A stretch of 51,043 nt of DNA from Desulfobacterales bacterium. GTDB taxonomy: Bacteria; Desulfobacterota; Desulfobacteria; Desulfobacterales; UBA5616. The stretch lies in NCBI GenBank assembly GCA_046483495.1, contig JAWODC010000078.1:1-51043 (forward strand), read 5' to 3'. Under the pieces are notes generated by a model. That model ran no database searches, had not been told where the DNA came from, and saw only the letters and a list, made by a program, of their open reading frames with translations. The translations under genes and the position numbers were made by a program. Position 1 is the stretch's first letter, and the number at the start of each line of letters is the position of its first letter. Below, piece after piece: positions 8,267 to 17,205 of the stretch.

Positions 8267-11011
8267 ATGGCAAATTCACGCCCGAAAGACGCGTCTCCAG
8301 CGCCTGAAGCGCATCTGAATATACATCTTTTTTCCCACACCCACTGGGATTTTGAATGGTACGAAATCGAAGAAGGATTTAAACTGCAGCTTGTTTGTTT
8401 TATCGATCATCTCTTGAATACGCTGGAGAAAGATCCGCAATTCACATTCCATTTTGACGGGCAGGTCATGCCGATCATCGATTATTTGGAGGTGCTGGAA
8501 GAGCGCGACGGGTTGGACGATCAGGAAAGGGTGAAAGAAGCTGAAGAAAAGATAAGAAAATTCATCCAAAGGGGTCAGCTTTTCATCGGCCCCTCCTGGA
8601 CAACCATGGAGACGTCGATAATCAGTACGGAATCACTGATCAGGAACATCAACCGAGGGAGACGGTTTTCCAAAAAACTTGGCGGCGTCAGCACGGTTTT
8701 TTATAATGCGGATGCTTTCCAGTACCATTCGCAAGTACCTCAGATCATTGAAGGCACGGCTTTGACTTCCGCCTTTACCTGGCGGGCATATAAAAAAAAT
8801 GAACCGTTAAAAGATGTATCCATCTGGGAAGGCGCCGATAAAACCGCCATTATAAAGTACCATCCTGTCAGAACCTATGCCCAGATCTGGCATCTTCCCC
8901 TGAACGCGGAATCGGCTGCCGATATTATCCTCCATGAAGCCCGCCAATCAGGTTATTTCGCCGTCTGCAATCATGTGCTGATAACTCAGGGCAATGATCA
9001 ATTCCAGGCGCAGCCGGAATTGACCCGCATCATCCATGAAGTCAAGGACATTCTCGACAACGGGTTCAGCATCGATCAGATGACACTGGAGGATTTCTTT
9101 TCATTGTTCAAAGACCGCCGGTTAAATGTAATCCGGGGTGAACTGACGGGGAACAAATGGGCCTGCACCATGAGTGGTCAGTTATCCGCGCGTATGTATC
9201 TCAAGCAAAAGAATGAAAAAGCAGAAATTTTCATGGAAAAATGGGCGGAGCCTTTTGCGACATTCGATTGGCTGCTCGGGTCCGAATACCAGGCCGGACT
9301 TATTGAAAGAGCATGGGTTTACCTGATGAAGCAGCATTTTCATCATTGCAACGCCTGTGCCGTGGATGCCGTTCATCGAGAGGGAGAAGTAAGGTATAAC
9401 AGCGCAATTGAATTGGCGCGGGATTTGACGGATACGAGTATCAGGCATATTGCGGCCCGTGTGGACACGTCTAAGCTGATTCACAAGTGGGAAAATGCAC
9501 TGGTTGTTTTCAACCCCGTTTCGGCACCGATAAACGACATCATAACAGTAAACATCAGTCCGCGGAAATTGATGGAAGATGCCGACTGGCAAACCGGATA
9601 TCCATCGCTTAGCAAAGAAGCGGGTGTGTTATCGAACCTCATCGTCTGGGATGAAGATGAACACGTGGTGCCGATTCAGATGCTTTCCAAGGAAAAAGGG
9701 CTCTACGAAGTCGCCTTACAGGTCAAAGACGTGCCGCCGTTTGGCTATAAAACGTTCGGCCTGGACTTCAATGGCATTCCCGCAGAACCCGATGATGTTT
9801 TTATTGCCGATGAAAAAGAGGGGGTTCTGGAAAACGAATGGATAAAGATTCGGGTCCGGAAAAACGGGTCCTTTACTCTGATCGACAAGCGAAATAATGA
9901 AGTATACGAAGATGTAAACCTCATGGAGGATACGGGGGACCATGGCGACACCTACAATTATGATCCGCTGGAAAATGACCGGCCGATTACTACCCACGGA
10001 TTGAAAGGAAAGGTTTTTGTATCCGCGAACGGCCCCCTGTCGGGGACCATAACGGTGAAGCTCGTTTGGCCGCTGCCGGAAAGCCTGACCTCCGACAGGA
10101 AATCCAGGAGCGGGAAGACGGTAAATATGCCGGTGAAAATGGAAATATGCCTGACGAAAAATTCAGCGTTTGTCGAAATTCGAACGACCATCGAAAACCG
10201 TGTCCGAGACCACCGGCTCAGGGTGCTGTTCCCGGGTGTAAAAAGTGATTATGCCTATGTTCAGACCCAGGCCGATGTAGTAAAGCGCAAGCTTCATAGG
10301 CCTTTGAAATACAAGCAGAGCCGGGAACGAAGAATAACCCATCACACGAGTGTCGGGGAGCTGCCCATGGAAACCGGGCCCTCACCAACACAATTTCAAC
10401 GGAATTTTGTCGGAATGAATGACGGCACGAAAGGATTGGTCGTATTTAACAAGGGTCTTCCCGAATACGAGGCCTCACCTGATGGAACCGTTGCCCTGAC
10501 TCTGCTGCGGTGCGTGGGGTGGATATCACAGGATGACCTGGGCACACGGATAGGTTTGGCCGGTCCGAGAATCGCCGTTCCCGATGCCCAATGTCCAGGA
10601 CTTCAGGTGTTTGAATATGCGGTTTGGCCGCAGGCGGGACCATGGGAAACGGGGCCGGTGTTCAACCGGAGAAACCGGTACAGCGCAGGTGTGAAAGCTG
10701 TTCAGGTTCCTTGGCAGGAGAAGCGGCTGCCGAGCCGTTTGTCCTTTCTCGAGATCTATCCGGATGAACTGATGGTGAGTTCTATAAAGAAAGCCTATAA
10801 AGATGGGTTCATCATGGTTAGGTTTTACAATCCTACGGGGAAAAAACTTTCCGGCGGCTTAAAAATGATATCCGGAATTCAGGAAGCCTGGATTGCAAAT
10901 ATGAATGAAAAGAAACTGGAGCGGATTTCAGTGGGCGGAGACGGCGGTTTGCACTTTGAGGTGTCGGCAAAGAAAATCATGACATTGGCTGTCTTGCCCA
11001 AACCACTGTAA
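8267..11011 (+). CDS. Glycoside hydrolase family 38 (alpha-mannosidase / MngB-like), cytoplasmic
   Basis: SHTHWDFEWY Zn motif, FHFDGQ, ESLIRN, nucleophile region NADAF, EDTGDHGDTYNY, DHRLRVLFP, GLPEYE, LTLLRCVGW; no signal peptide. Alternative GTG start at 8258. Confidence 0.9.
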   Translation: MANSRPKDASPAPEAHLNIHLFSHTHWDFEWYEIEEGFKLQLVCFIDHLLNTLEKDPQFTFHFDGQVMPIIDYLEVLEERDGLDDQERVKEAEEKIRKFIQRGQLFIGPSWTTMETSIISTESLIRNINRGRRFSKKLGGVSTVFYNADAFQYHSQVPQIIEGTALTSAFTWRAYKKNEPLKDVSIWEGADKTAIIKYHPVRTYAQIWHLPLNAESAADIILHEARQSGYFAVCNHVLITQGNDQFQAQPELTRIIHEVKDILDNGFSIDQMTLEDFFSLFKDRRLNVIRGELTGNKWACTMSGQLSARMYLKQKNEKAEIFMEKWAEPFATFDWLLGSEYQAGLIERAWVYLMKQHFHHCNACAVDAVHREGEVRYNSAIELARDLTDTSIRHIAARVDTSKLIHKWENALVVFNPVSAPINDIITVNISPRKLMEDADWQTGYPSLSKEAGVLSNLIVWDEDEHVVPIQMLSKEKGLYEVALQVKDVPPFGYKTFGLDFNGIPAEPDDVFIADEKEGVLENEWIKIRVRKNGSFTLIDKRNNEVYEDVNLMEDTGDHGDTYNYDPLENDRPITTHGLKGKVFVSANGPLSGTITVKLVWPLPESLTSDRKSRSGKTVNMPVKMEICLTKNSAFVEIRTTIENRVRDHRLRVLFPGVKSDYAYVQTQADVVKRKLHRPLKYKQSRERRITHHTSVGELPMETGPSPTQFQRNFVGMNDGTKGLVVFNKGLPEYEASPDGTVALTLLRCVGWISQDDLGTRIGLAGPRIAVPDAQCPGLQVFEYAVWPQAGPWETGPVFNRRNRYSAGVKAVQVPWQEKRLPSRLSFLEIYPDELMVSSIKKAYKDGFIMVRFYNPTGKKLSGGLKMISGIQEAWIANMNEKKLERISVGGDGGLHFEVSAKKIMTLAVLPKPL

Positions 11012-11017
11012 TTTTCG

Positions 11018-13984
11018 ATGGAAGCGAGGTTCGCCGTGAGCCATAAAAAATCAATCCCTATTCTGCCTGCAGTCGATCTGGGAGGAACAAAGATCGCGAT
11101 GGCATTCGTAAATGCCGAATCCCGAAGGAGGACGGTAAAACACTATCCCCCATCGAAAGTGGTAAAAAGGGGCGGCCGAACAGATGCGGTAAAAACGCTG
11201 AAGCGTGTGGCCCGCCTGATCAAAAAGCGAACGGGGGAAATGGAAAAAATGGGCTTTACCGCCTTGAAGCTCGTCGGCATCGGCGCTCCGGGATTGTATC
11301 GAGAAGACGGGAGTGTGGATCCGAATACGGTCCCCAATATCCCCGGTCTGGCGAATATAAAGCCCGCTGATTTTCTGAAAAGCCTGCTCGGGAAAAGTTG
11401 GAAAGTATTTATCCAGAATGACGGCGCGGTTCAGGCCCTTGCCGCGGGGCATTTCTTTGTTCGTTCACCGGACTTTAAATCCAAATGGAGCCGGGCACTC
11501 GAGAACGGGACCCCGCTGATTTATTTTGGTCCGGGTACCGGATTCGGAGCAGGGAAAATCCATTTCGACCCCAAATGCGGGATTCATCTGCCGCCCGGCT
11601 CACAGGCGTTCTTTGACATTATTATCCGGGACCGGAAAACCGCCGAAGATTTGATCGGAGGTCGGGGCATCGCGAAAATCGCCCGGGAAATCGAGCGCCG
11701 CAATATAGAACGAAATTCCCCTGTGCTGACCACCATGCTGCAAACAAGGCAATCACGGCGGGTTGCGCCGGATACCGATCCGGACGAAAACGTGAGCAAG
11801 CTGACGGCCGTGCACGTGGCAGACGCATATGAATCAGGCAATCCCGCAGCCGTGAAGCTCTCAAAAGACATATTCGAAAAAGTCGGGCAGGATCTTGCGG
11901 AACTGATCATCCGGCTGTTTACAGCAAACGTTTCAAAAGCGGTGGTCCCTTGGAATAGGGAAGATCGAGAATCCGTTCGGGGTGCCTGCATTTTTCTGGC
12001 CGCCGGACTGCTGATCAAGCCGGTCGGCAAACGCCTGATTCTTCCTTCAGCAAGAGCTTTACTGGAAAGCCGCGGATACGGGGAAAAAGTTCATATCGTT
12101 GAGTTGGATATGCTTCCCGGAGTAAAAAGTGAAATTTCACACATCGGAACGTTCGGCGCTTCTCTGATGGTCCCGGATAGAGACATTGAAGAAATGAAGG
12201 CGGCGGATTCGATGGTTTCCGGAAGATCAGCGATATCCCGGTATGTCAGCAGCAAAGTGCTTGAAGTGCATCGCAAAACGGGCAGGCTGGTCCTGTTGGC
12301 CATGGATGGGTATGCCGGGATTGAATGGAAGAAAAACATCGTTTCCCTGCAGCGACAAATGGAAGAAGATGCTATTGAGGTGAAAGCTATTGACGCAATG
12401 CGCCTCTACAAGTCCCCGGAGTGCATCGAGCGCATGATTCAGCCTTACCTGTCGGAAGATAAAACATTCGGACGGCTGTATGGAGGAAAGCTCTCGGATT
12501 TCATGGACCTTCGACAGGTCGCCCGGTTAAAGGAAGAACTTGAGAGGGAAAAAAATGCACCGGCGTCCTCACCTGCGGCCATTTTGTGCTACGGATCAGG
12601 CGCCGCCTGCCGAGACCTGGCGGGTCTTTATGATCTTATTTTCTACAGGGATCTGACACGGGAAGAAATTACCAGACGATCGAAAAAGGGGCGGGTGGCG
12701 GCCCTGGGAGCCCGAGGTTACGATAGAACAGGCAAAGGAAGGCCGGGATATCTTGCCGGCAAACGTTTCCACTACATCGATTACCCCCTACTGGACCGGC
12801 ATCGAAAGGCTTTGAAAAGAAAAATCCACTATTATGTCGACGACAATCTGCCCGGACTGCCGAAGCTGATCGGAATGAAACAATTCGGTCGAATGATCGC
12901 CGTTTTCTCCAGAAGTCCTTTTCAGTTAAAAGCCTATCATGAGGAAGGCGTCTGGGGCGGTCGATGGCTGAAAAGCGTTCGCCGCTTGCCCGACACAATG
13001 ATAAACTGCGCCTGGGCCTATGAGCTCATGGCCTACCACATGAGCGTGAAGATTCCTGTAGGCCCCACGTATATCGAAACACCTTTCGCCAACCTGCTGG
13101 ACAGAGAAGCAGATAATATCATGGGGGCTCGCATTCGGAAGCGGTTCAACGGCCTCTGGCCGATTCGTGTGAATTACGATGACTGCCTCGATGGCGGCGA
13201 TATGGCGATTCAGATTCACCCGGATAGAGCATACATCCGAAAAAATTTTAAAGAGCCCCTTCACCAGGATGAAAGCTATTACATTGTTGCGGCTTCACCC
13301 GATGCCTACGTCTACCTGGGAATCAGGCAGGATGCCGATCTGGGCGAATTTTACGATGCGGTAAAAAAAGCGGAAACGCAGGGTATCGCCTTTGATCACA
13401 GACAGTATGTCAATGTATGGCCGGCCAAAGAGGGGGATTTGTTTCTCATTCCGGCGGGAACCGTTCATGCTTCAGGCAAAGGATGCGTCGTTCTCGAGTT
13501 AAGCTCGACTACAGACCGGTATACATTTCACATTTATGATTATCTGCGTCCCGATTTGCAGGGAAGTTTGAGAGACATTCATGCGGATCATGCCTTTAAT
13601 GTGCTCAAAACGTATTCACACCGGAGAACCTCGTGGGTAAAAGAAAACCTTTTGCAAAAACCGAAGCTGATCCGTAAGGGGAAAAAATGGGAGGAATACC
13701 TGATTGGTTCACGTGATGGGTATATTCCGGAAATCCACCGTTTTCGTATCGAAGCGTCAGCCGAAGACGATACGGCCGGTGTTTTTCACGTGTTAAGCCT
13801 GGTAAAAGGCGACGGCGTCGCCCTTGTGCCGAAGAATCCATCGGCAAAAGAATTCCATTTGAACTTTTCCGAAACGGCTGTTCTCCCTGCTTGCCTGGGG
13901 CCTTACTGTATCGTGAATCCCAAGAAAGAAGCATGCACCGTCCTGAAAACAGTTGTAAATCCGTCGATGCTGGACCGAACGTAA
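11018..13984 (+). CDS. Fusion protein: ROK-family sugar kinase + middle P-loop-like domain + type I mannose-6-phosphate isomerase (cupin)
   Basis: AVDLGGTK, GIGAPG, IQNDG, GPGTGFGAG (ROK); LLAMDGYAG middle domain; GVWGGRWLK, QIHP, HQDESYY, IPAGTVHASG (PMI). GTG 11036 with GAGGT RBS may be the true start. Confidence 0.85.
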   Translation: MEARFAVSHKKSIPILPAVDLGGTKIAMAFVNAESRRRTVKHYPPSKVVKRGGRTDAVKTLKRVARLIKKRTGEMEKMGFTALKLVGIGAPGLYREDGSVDPNTVPNIPGLANIKPADFLKSLLGKSWKVFIQNDGAVQALAAGHFFVRSPDFKSKWSRALENGTPLIYFGPGTGFGAGKIHFDPKCGIHLPPGSQAFFDIIIRDRKTAEDLIGGRGIAKIAREIERRNIERNSPVLTTMLQTRQSRRVAPDTDPDENVSKLTAVHVADAYESGNPAAVKLSKDIFEKVGQDLAELIIRLFTANVSKAVVPWNREDRESVRGACIFLAAGLLIKPVGKRLILPSARALLESRGYGEKVHIVELDMLPGVKSEISHIGTFGASLMVPDRDIEEMKAADSMVSGRSAISRYVSSKVLEVHRKTGRLVLLAMDGYAGIEWKKNIVSLQRQMEEDAIEVKAIDAMRLYKSPECIERMIQPYLSEDKTFGRLYGGKLSDFMDLRQVARLKEELEREKNAPASSPAAILCYGSGAACRDLAGLYDLIFYRDLTREEITRRSKKGRVAALGARGYDRTGKGRPGYLAGKRFHYIDYPLLDRHRKALKRKIHYYVDDNLPGLPKLIGMKQFGRMIAVFSRSPFQLKAYHEEGVWGGRWLKSVRRLPDTMINCAWAYELMAYHMSVKIPVGPTYIETPFANLLDREADNIMGARIRKRFNGLWPIRVNYDDCLDGGDMAIQIHPDRAYIRKNFKEPLHQDESYYIVAASPDAYVYLGIRQDADLGEFYDAVKKAETQGIAFDHRQYVNVWPAKEGDLFLIPAGTVHASGKGCVVLELSSTTDRYTFHIYDYLRPDLQGSLRDIHADHAFNVLKTYSHRRTSWVKENLLQKPKLIRKGKKWEEYLIGSRDGYIPEIHRFRIEASAEDDTAGVFHVLSLVKGDGVALVPKNPSAKEFHLNFSETAVLPACLGPYCIVNPKKEACTVLKTVVNPSMLDRT

Positions 13985-13999
13985 ATGACATGCTCAAAA

Positions 14000-15562
14000 T
14001 CAAGCAGGAATGTACTGCCGGCAAATGGCTTCGAATGCCTTTACCTGCTTCTTTTTCCAGGCGCGGCCGCGGCCCAGCTCCTTTCCCATCAGCGATGCCG
14101 TTTTAGGGGCTGCTTCCTTGGCCGCACGGGCGTTTAACAGCAAACAGCGGGTCCGTCTCGCCAGAAAATCATCGATGGTTCTAGCGGCTTCGAATCGAAC
14201 GGCCCAAACCACCTCTCCGGCCCTGACCGGCAGGTCCGGATGCAGCAGTTCTCTCCTTGCCGAATCCGACCGCATGAGGTCCTGTATGGCCGGTGCATCA
14301 GAGCCGTATATCGCAAATGCACCAAATTTTTCAGGTGTTTTGTGGAAACCGTGAATATTAAGCGTTTTGGTGACGCACGGTCGCGATTCCAGTCCGGCAA
14401 GCGCAATGGCGTGATTCACGCATATTTTTGCCATCTGACGATAGGTCGTCCATTTGCCTCCCGCAATGGTGAGCAGGCCCGACCGGGAAATGTCGATCGT
14501 GTGATCCCGTGACAATGCCGCCGTATTTTTATGCTCAGCGGTTCTCACCAGCGGCCGTATGCCTGTAAATATGCTGCGGATATCTTCCCTGGTGGGTTTC
14601 TTTTCGAGATAGGCCCCGGCCGTTTCCAAAACGAAGTCGATTTCTTCCTTTTTGGGGGAGGGTTCGAGAACGGCACGGGTTATCGGGGTGTCCGTGGTGC
14701 CCACAAGGGTTGACCCCAGATAGGGGATGGCAAACATGACGCGTCCGTCGCGGGTGTGGGGAACCATAATGGCGGATCCGCCCGGAAGAAAAGAACTGTC
14801 AAAGACCAGGTGAATGCCCTGGCTGGGAGAAATGAGCGGTGAAGCGTCAGGGTTATCCATGACTCGAATGTCATCGGAAAAGGGTCCGGTTGCATTGATC
14901 ACCACCTTGGCTTTCACAACCAACTCCTTTTCGGCTTCAAGATCTTCAAATAGGGCGCCGGTTACAAACCCTTGATAATCCTTCGTTACCGCCGTAACCC
15001 GGGCGTAGTTCAATAATGCGGCTCCCTGGTTGCACGCGGTTCTTGCCAGGTTGATCAGCAGCCGTGCATCATCGAACTGGCCGTCGTAGTAAATGATTCC
15101 GCCGCGCAGGCCTTCTCTTTTGATGGTTGGAATCCGGCTGAGCGTCTCCTCTTTGGAAAGCAGTTTGGACGGACCGAAGCCGTATCTTCCGGACAGCAGA
15201 TCATAAACCTTGAGGCCGATGCCGTAAAAAGGAGCCTCCCACCAGTCGTAATTCGGGACGACGAATGCCATATCATGAACCAGATGGGGTGCATTATTTC
15301 GGAGTATGCCGCGCTCCCTCAATGCTTCCATTACCAGGGATATGTTTCCCTGCTGAAGGTAGCGAACACCGCCGTGTACCAATTTGGTGCTTCGGGAAGA
15401 AGTTCCTTTCCCGAAATCACTTTGCTCCAGAAGCAAAATATCGTATCCTCTGGAGGCTGCATCCACCGCAATTCCGATGCCGGTTGCACCGCCACCGATC
15501 ACCATTATATCCCATGGGGCTTTTCTGTCGCGGACTCTGCTGACCATTTCCTCCCGGTTCAT
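14000..15562 (-). CDS. glpD: FAD-dependent glycerol-3-phosphate dehydrogenase/oxidase
   Basis: IGGGATGIGIA..AASRG, GTSSRSTKLVHGGVRYL, DGQFDDAR, GGKWTTYR; AAGGAG RBS. Confidence 0.95.
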   Translation of the reverse strand: MNREEMVSRVRDRKAPWDIMVIGGGATGIGIAVDAASRGYDILLLEQSDFGKGTSSRSTKLVHGGVRYLQQGNISLVMEALRERGILRNNAPHLVHDMAFVVPNYDWWEAPFYGIGLKVYDLLSGRYGFGPSKLLSKEETLSRIPTIKREGLRGGIIYYDGQFDDARLLINLARTACNQGAALLNYARVTAVTKDYQGFVTGALFEDLEAEKELVVKAKVVINATGPFSDDIRVMDNPDASPLISPSQGIHLVFDSSFLPGGSAIMVPHTRDGRVMFAIPYLGSTLVGTTDTPITRAVLEPSPKKEEIDFVLETAGAYLEKKPTREDIRSIFTGIRPLVRTAEHKNTAALSRDHTIDISRSGLLTIAGGKWTTYRQMAKICVNHAIALAGLESRPCVTKTLNIHGFHKTPEKFGAFAIYGSDAPAIQDLMRSDSARRELLHPDLPVRAGEVVWAVRFEAARTIDDFLARRTRCLLLNARAAKEAAPKTASLMGKELGRGRAWKKKQVKAFEAICRQYIPA

Positions 15563-15581
15563 GTCAACTCCTTTTTGAATT

Positions 15582-15715
15582 AACGGCCTTTTAAAACGGC
15601 TGATCGCTCCACTTCTACATTGGCCGAAAAGACGTTTGACCCTCTAAATATTTTTGCGGCCAACATTTTTTCGGCGCCTTCACCTGTATCGAATTTCTCG
15701 TTTCCGGATGGGCAC
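15582..15715. repeat. Palindromic dispersed repeat, degenerate copy 2 (in glpD upstream region)
   Basis: AAACGGCTGATCGCTCCACTTC..TTGGCCG..CCCTCTAAATA..GCGG..TTTCCGGATGGGCAC aligns with the reverse complement of copies 1, 3 and 5. Confidence 0.7.
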
Positions 15716-15831
15716 GAACAATCATTGCGCCTGCTTCAATCCTGCGGTGGCAATACACTATTGTAATTGCAGCATGCGGCTCCGTCAATAACTTCGTGCG
15801 GACCGCCCATTGCCGCATCCCCCAAAACAGC

Positions 15832-15860
15832 TTGACATATTGGATTGATTTCAATACGTT
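15832..15860 (+). promoter_or_regulatory. Putative sigma70 promoter of radical SAM / CoA-transferase operon
   Basis: TTGACA (15832-15837), 17 bp, TACGTT (15855-15860). Confidence 0.55.
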
Positions 15861-16115
15861 ACTTTAACAAGAAATGGTGTGATTCGGCTCTGAGCCGACG
15901 GTTGCGGGGTGTAAAATCACCAAAAGACCATAGTATTTTACAGGGCCCAAATTCAGGCTATGCTCGGTCTGCCATTTCAAGTGCAAGAAATTCCAAGGGG
16001 TTGCTCTTGCCCCCATTATACTGGGAGACCCAAAAACCGTAGGGCCGATGCCCGAGCCAAAGGCCCCTAAAATGTTAAAAATTCTCTCATGACATTCGAG
16101 AATTGGAGAGACGGT

Positions 16116-17174
16116 ATGCCCCAAGAAGCATTGCATCGGTTCGATTTTGAAATCGGCATGTATCGGCCCCCGAGTGAGGGTGGAAGCTATTCCCTGCTGC
16201 TGCGGGTCACCCGGAATTGTCCGTGGAATCGGTGTGAATTTTGCGTCATGTACAAAACCGAGAAATTCCAGATCCGCCCTGTTGATGAAGTGAAAAACGA
16301 CATTGACAACATAGCATTCGTATGCGGCGAACTGAAACGCATTTCATGGGAGCTGGGATACGGCGGAGCCGTTACCCGCGAATGTGCTATGCGAATGCTG
16401 GATAGATATCCGGAACTGAGCAACCACCACGGCTTTTTCATGGTTTTCAACTGGCTGGCCTCGGGTGGTAAAACGGCGTTTCTGCAGGATGCCAACAGCC
16501 TGATTATGAAAACGGTGGATTTGCAGGAGATACTCAGGCATCTGCGCCGAACCTTTCCTTCCATTTCACGGGTAACCTCCTACGCACGATCTAAAACCCT
16601 GGCGCAGCGCAGCGGCGACGAGCTGTCGATCATTCATCGGGCGGGGTTGGACCGCCTTCATGTAGGGCTCGAAACCGGGGACGACACCCTGCTGAAGCTG
16701 ATCAAAAAAGGAGCGACATCGGAGGATCACATTCGCGGCGGGCGAAAGGCTGTTGAAGCCGGTTTTCAATTATCGGAATACTGGATGCCGGGGCTCGGTG
16801 GAAAAAAGATGTGGCAAAAGCACGCCGTAAACACCGCACGGGTTTTAAATGAGATCAATCCCCATTATATTCGATCCCGGCCGTTTCATCTTCCTCCGGG
16901 TACGCCGATGGCCGAATGGCACCCGGCCGAATGCATCGGCCTGCTCTCGCCTAAGGAGCAGTTGACGGAGCTCAAATTGATGATCGAAACGTTGGACGTC
17001 ACATCCCGGGTATGCTTTGATCATGCGGGCAATTACTGGCGCAACAGGCGCGGCGGGCTTCTATTCAGCCAGAGCTACGAGGGCTATCGGTTTCCCGACC
17101 GGAAAAAGGACGTTCTGCGATTGATCGAAGAAGGACTGTCCGTCGACCAAGTTTCCCCGATGGGCCTGCTGTAG
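16116..17174 (+). CDS. Radical SAM protein (RPPSE-type, function unknown)
   Basis: YRPPSEGGSYSLLLRVTRNCPWNRCEFC (CX4CX2C), FLQDANSL, VGLETGDD; GGAGAG RBS before ATG 16116. Confidence 0.9.
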   Translation: MPQEALHRFDFEIGMYRPPSEGGSYSLLLRVTRNCPWNRCEFCVMYKTEKFQIRPVDEVKNDIDNIAFVCGELKRISWELGYGGAVTRECAMRMLDRYPELSNHHGFFMVFNWLASGGKTAFLQDANSLIMKTVDLQEILRHLRRTFPSISRVTSYARSKTLAQRSGDELSIIHRAGLDRLHVGLETGDDTLLKLIKKGATSEDHIRGGRKAVEAGFQLSEYWMPGLGGKKMWQKHAVNTARVLNEINPHYIRSRPFHLPPGTPMAEWHPAECIGLLSPKEQLTELKLMIETLDVTSRVCFDHAGNYWRNRRGGLLFSQSYEGYRFPDRKKDVLRLIEEGLSVDQVSPMGLL

Positions 17175-17205
17175 CGTTTTTGCACTTTGACAAGGAGGTG
17201 TTTTC

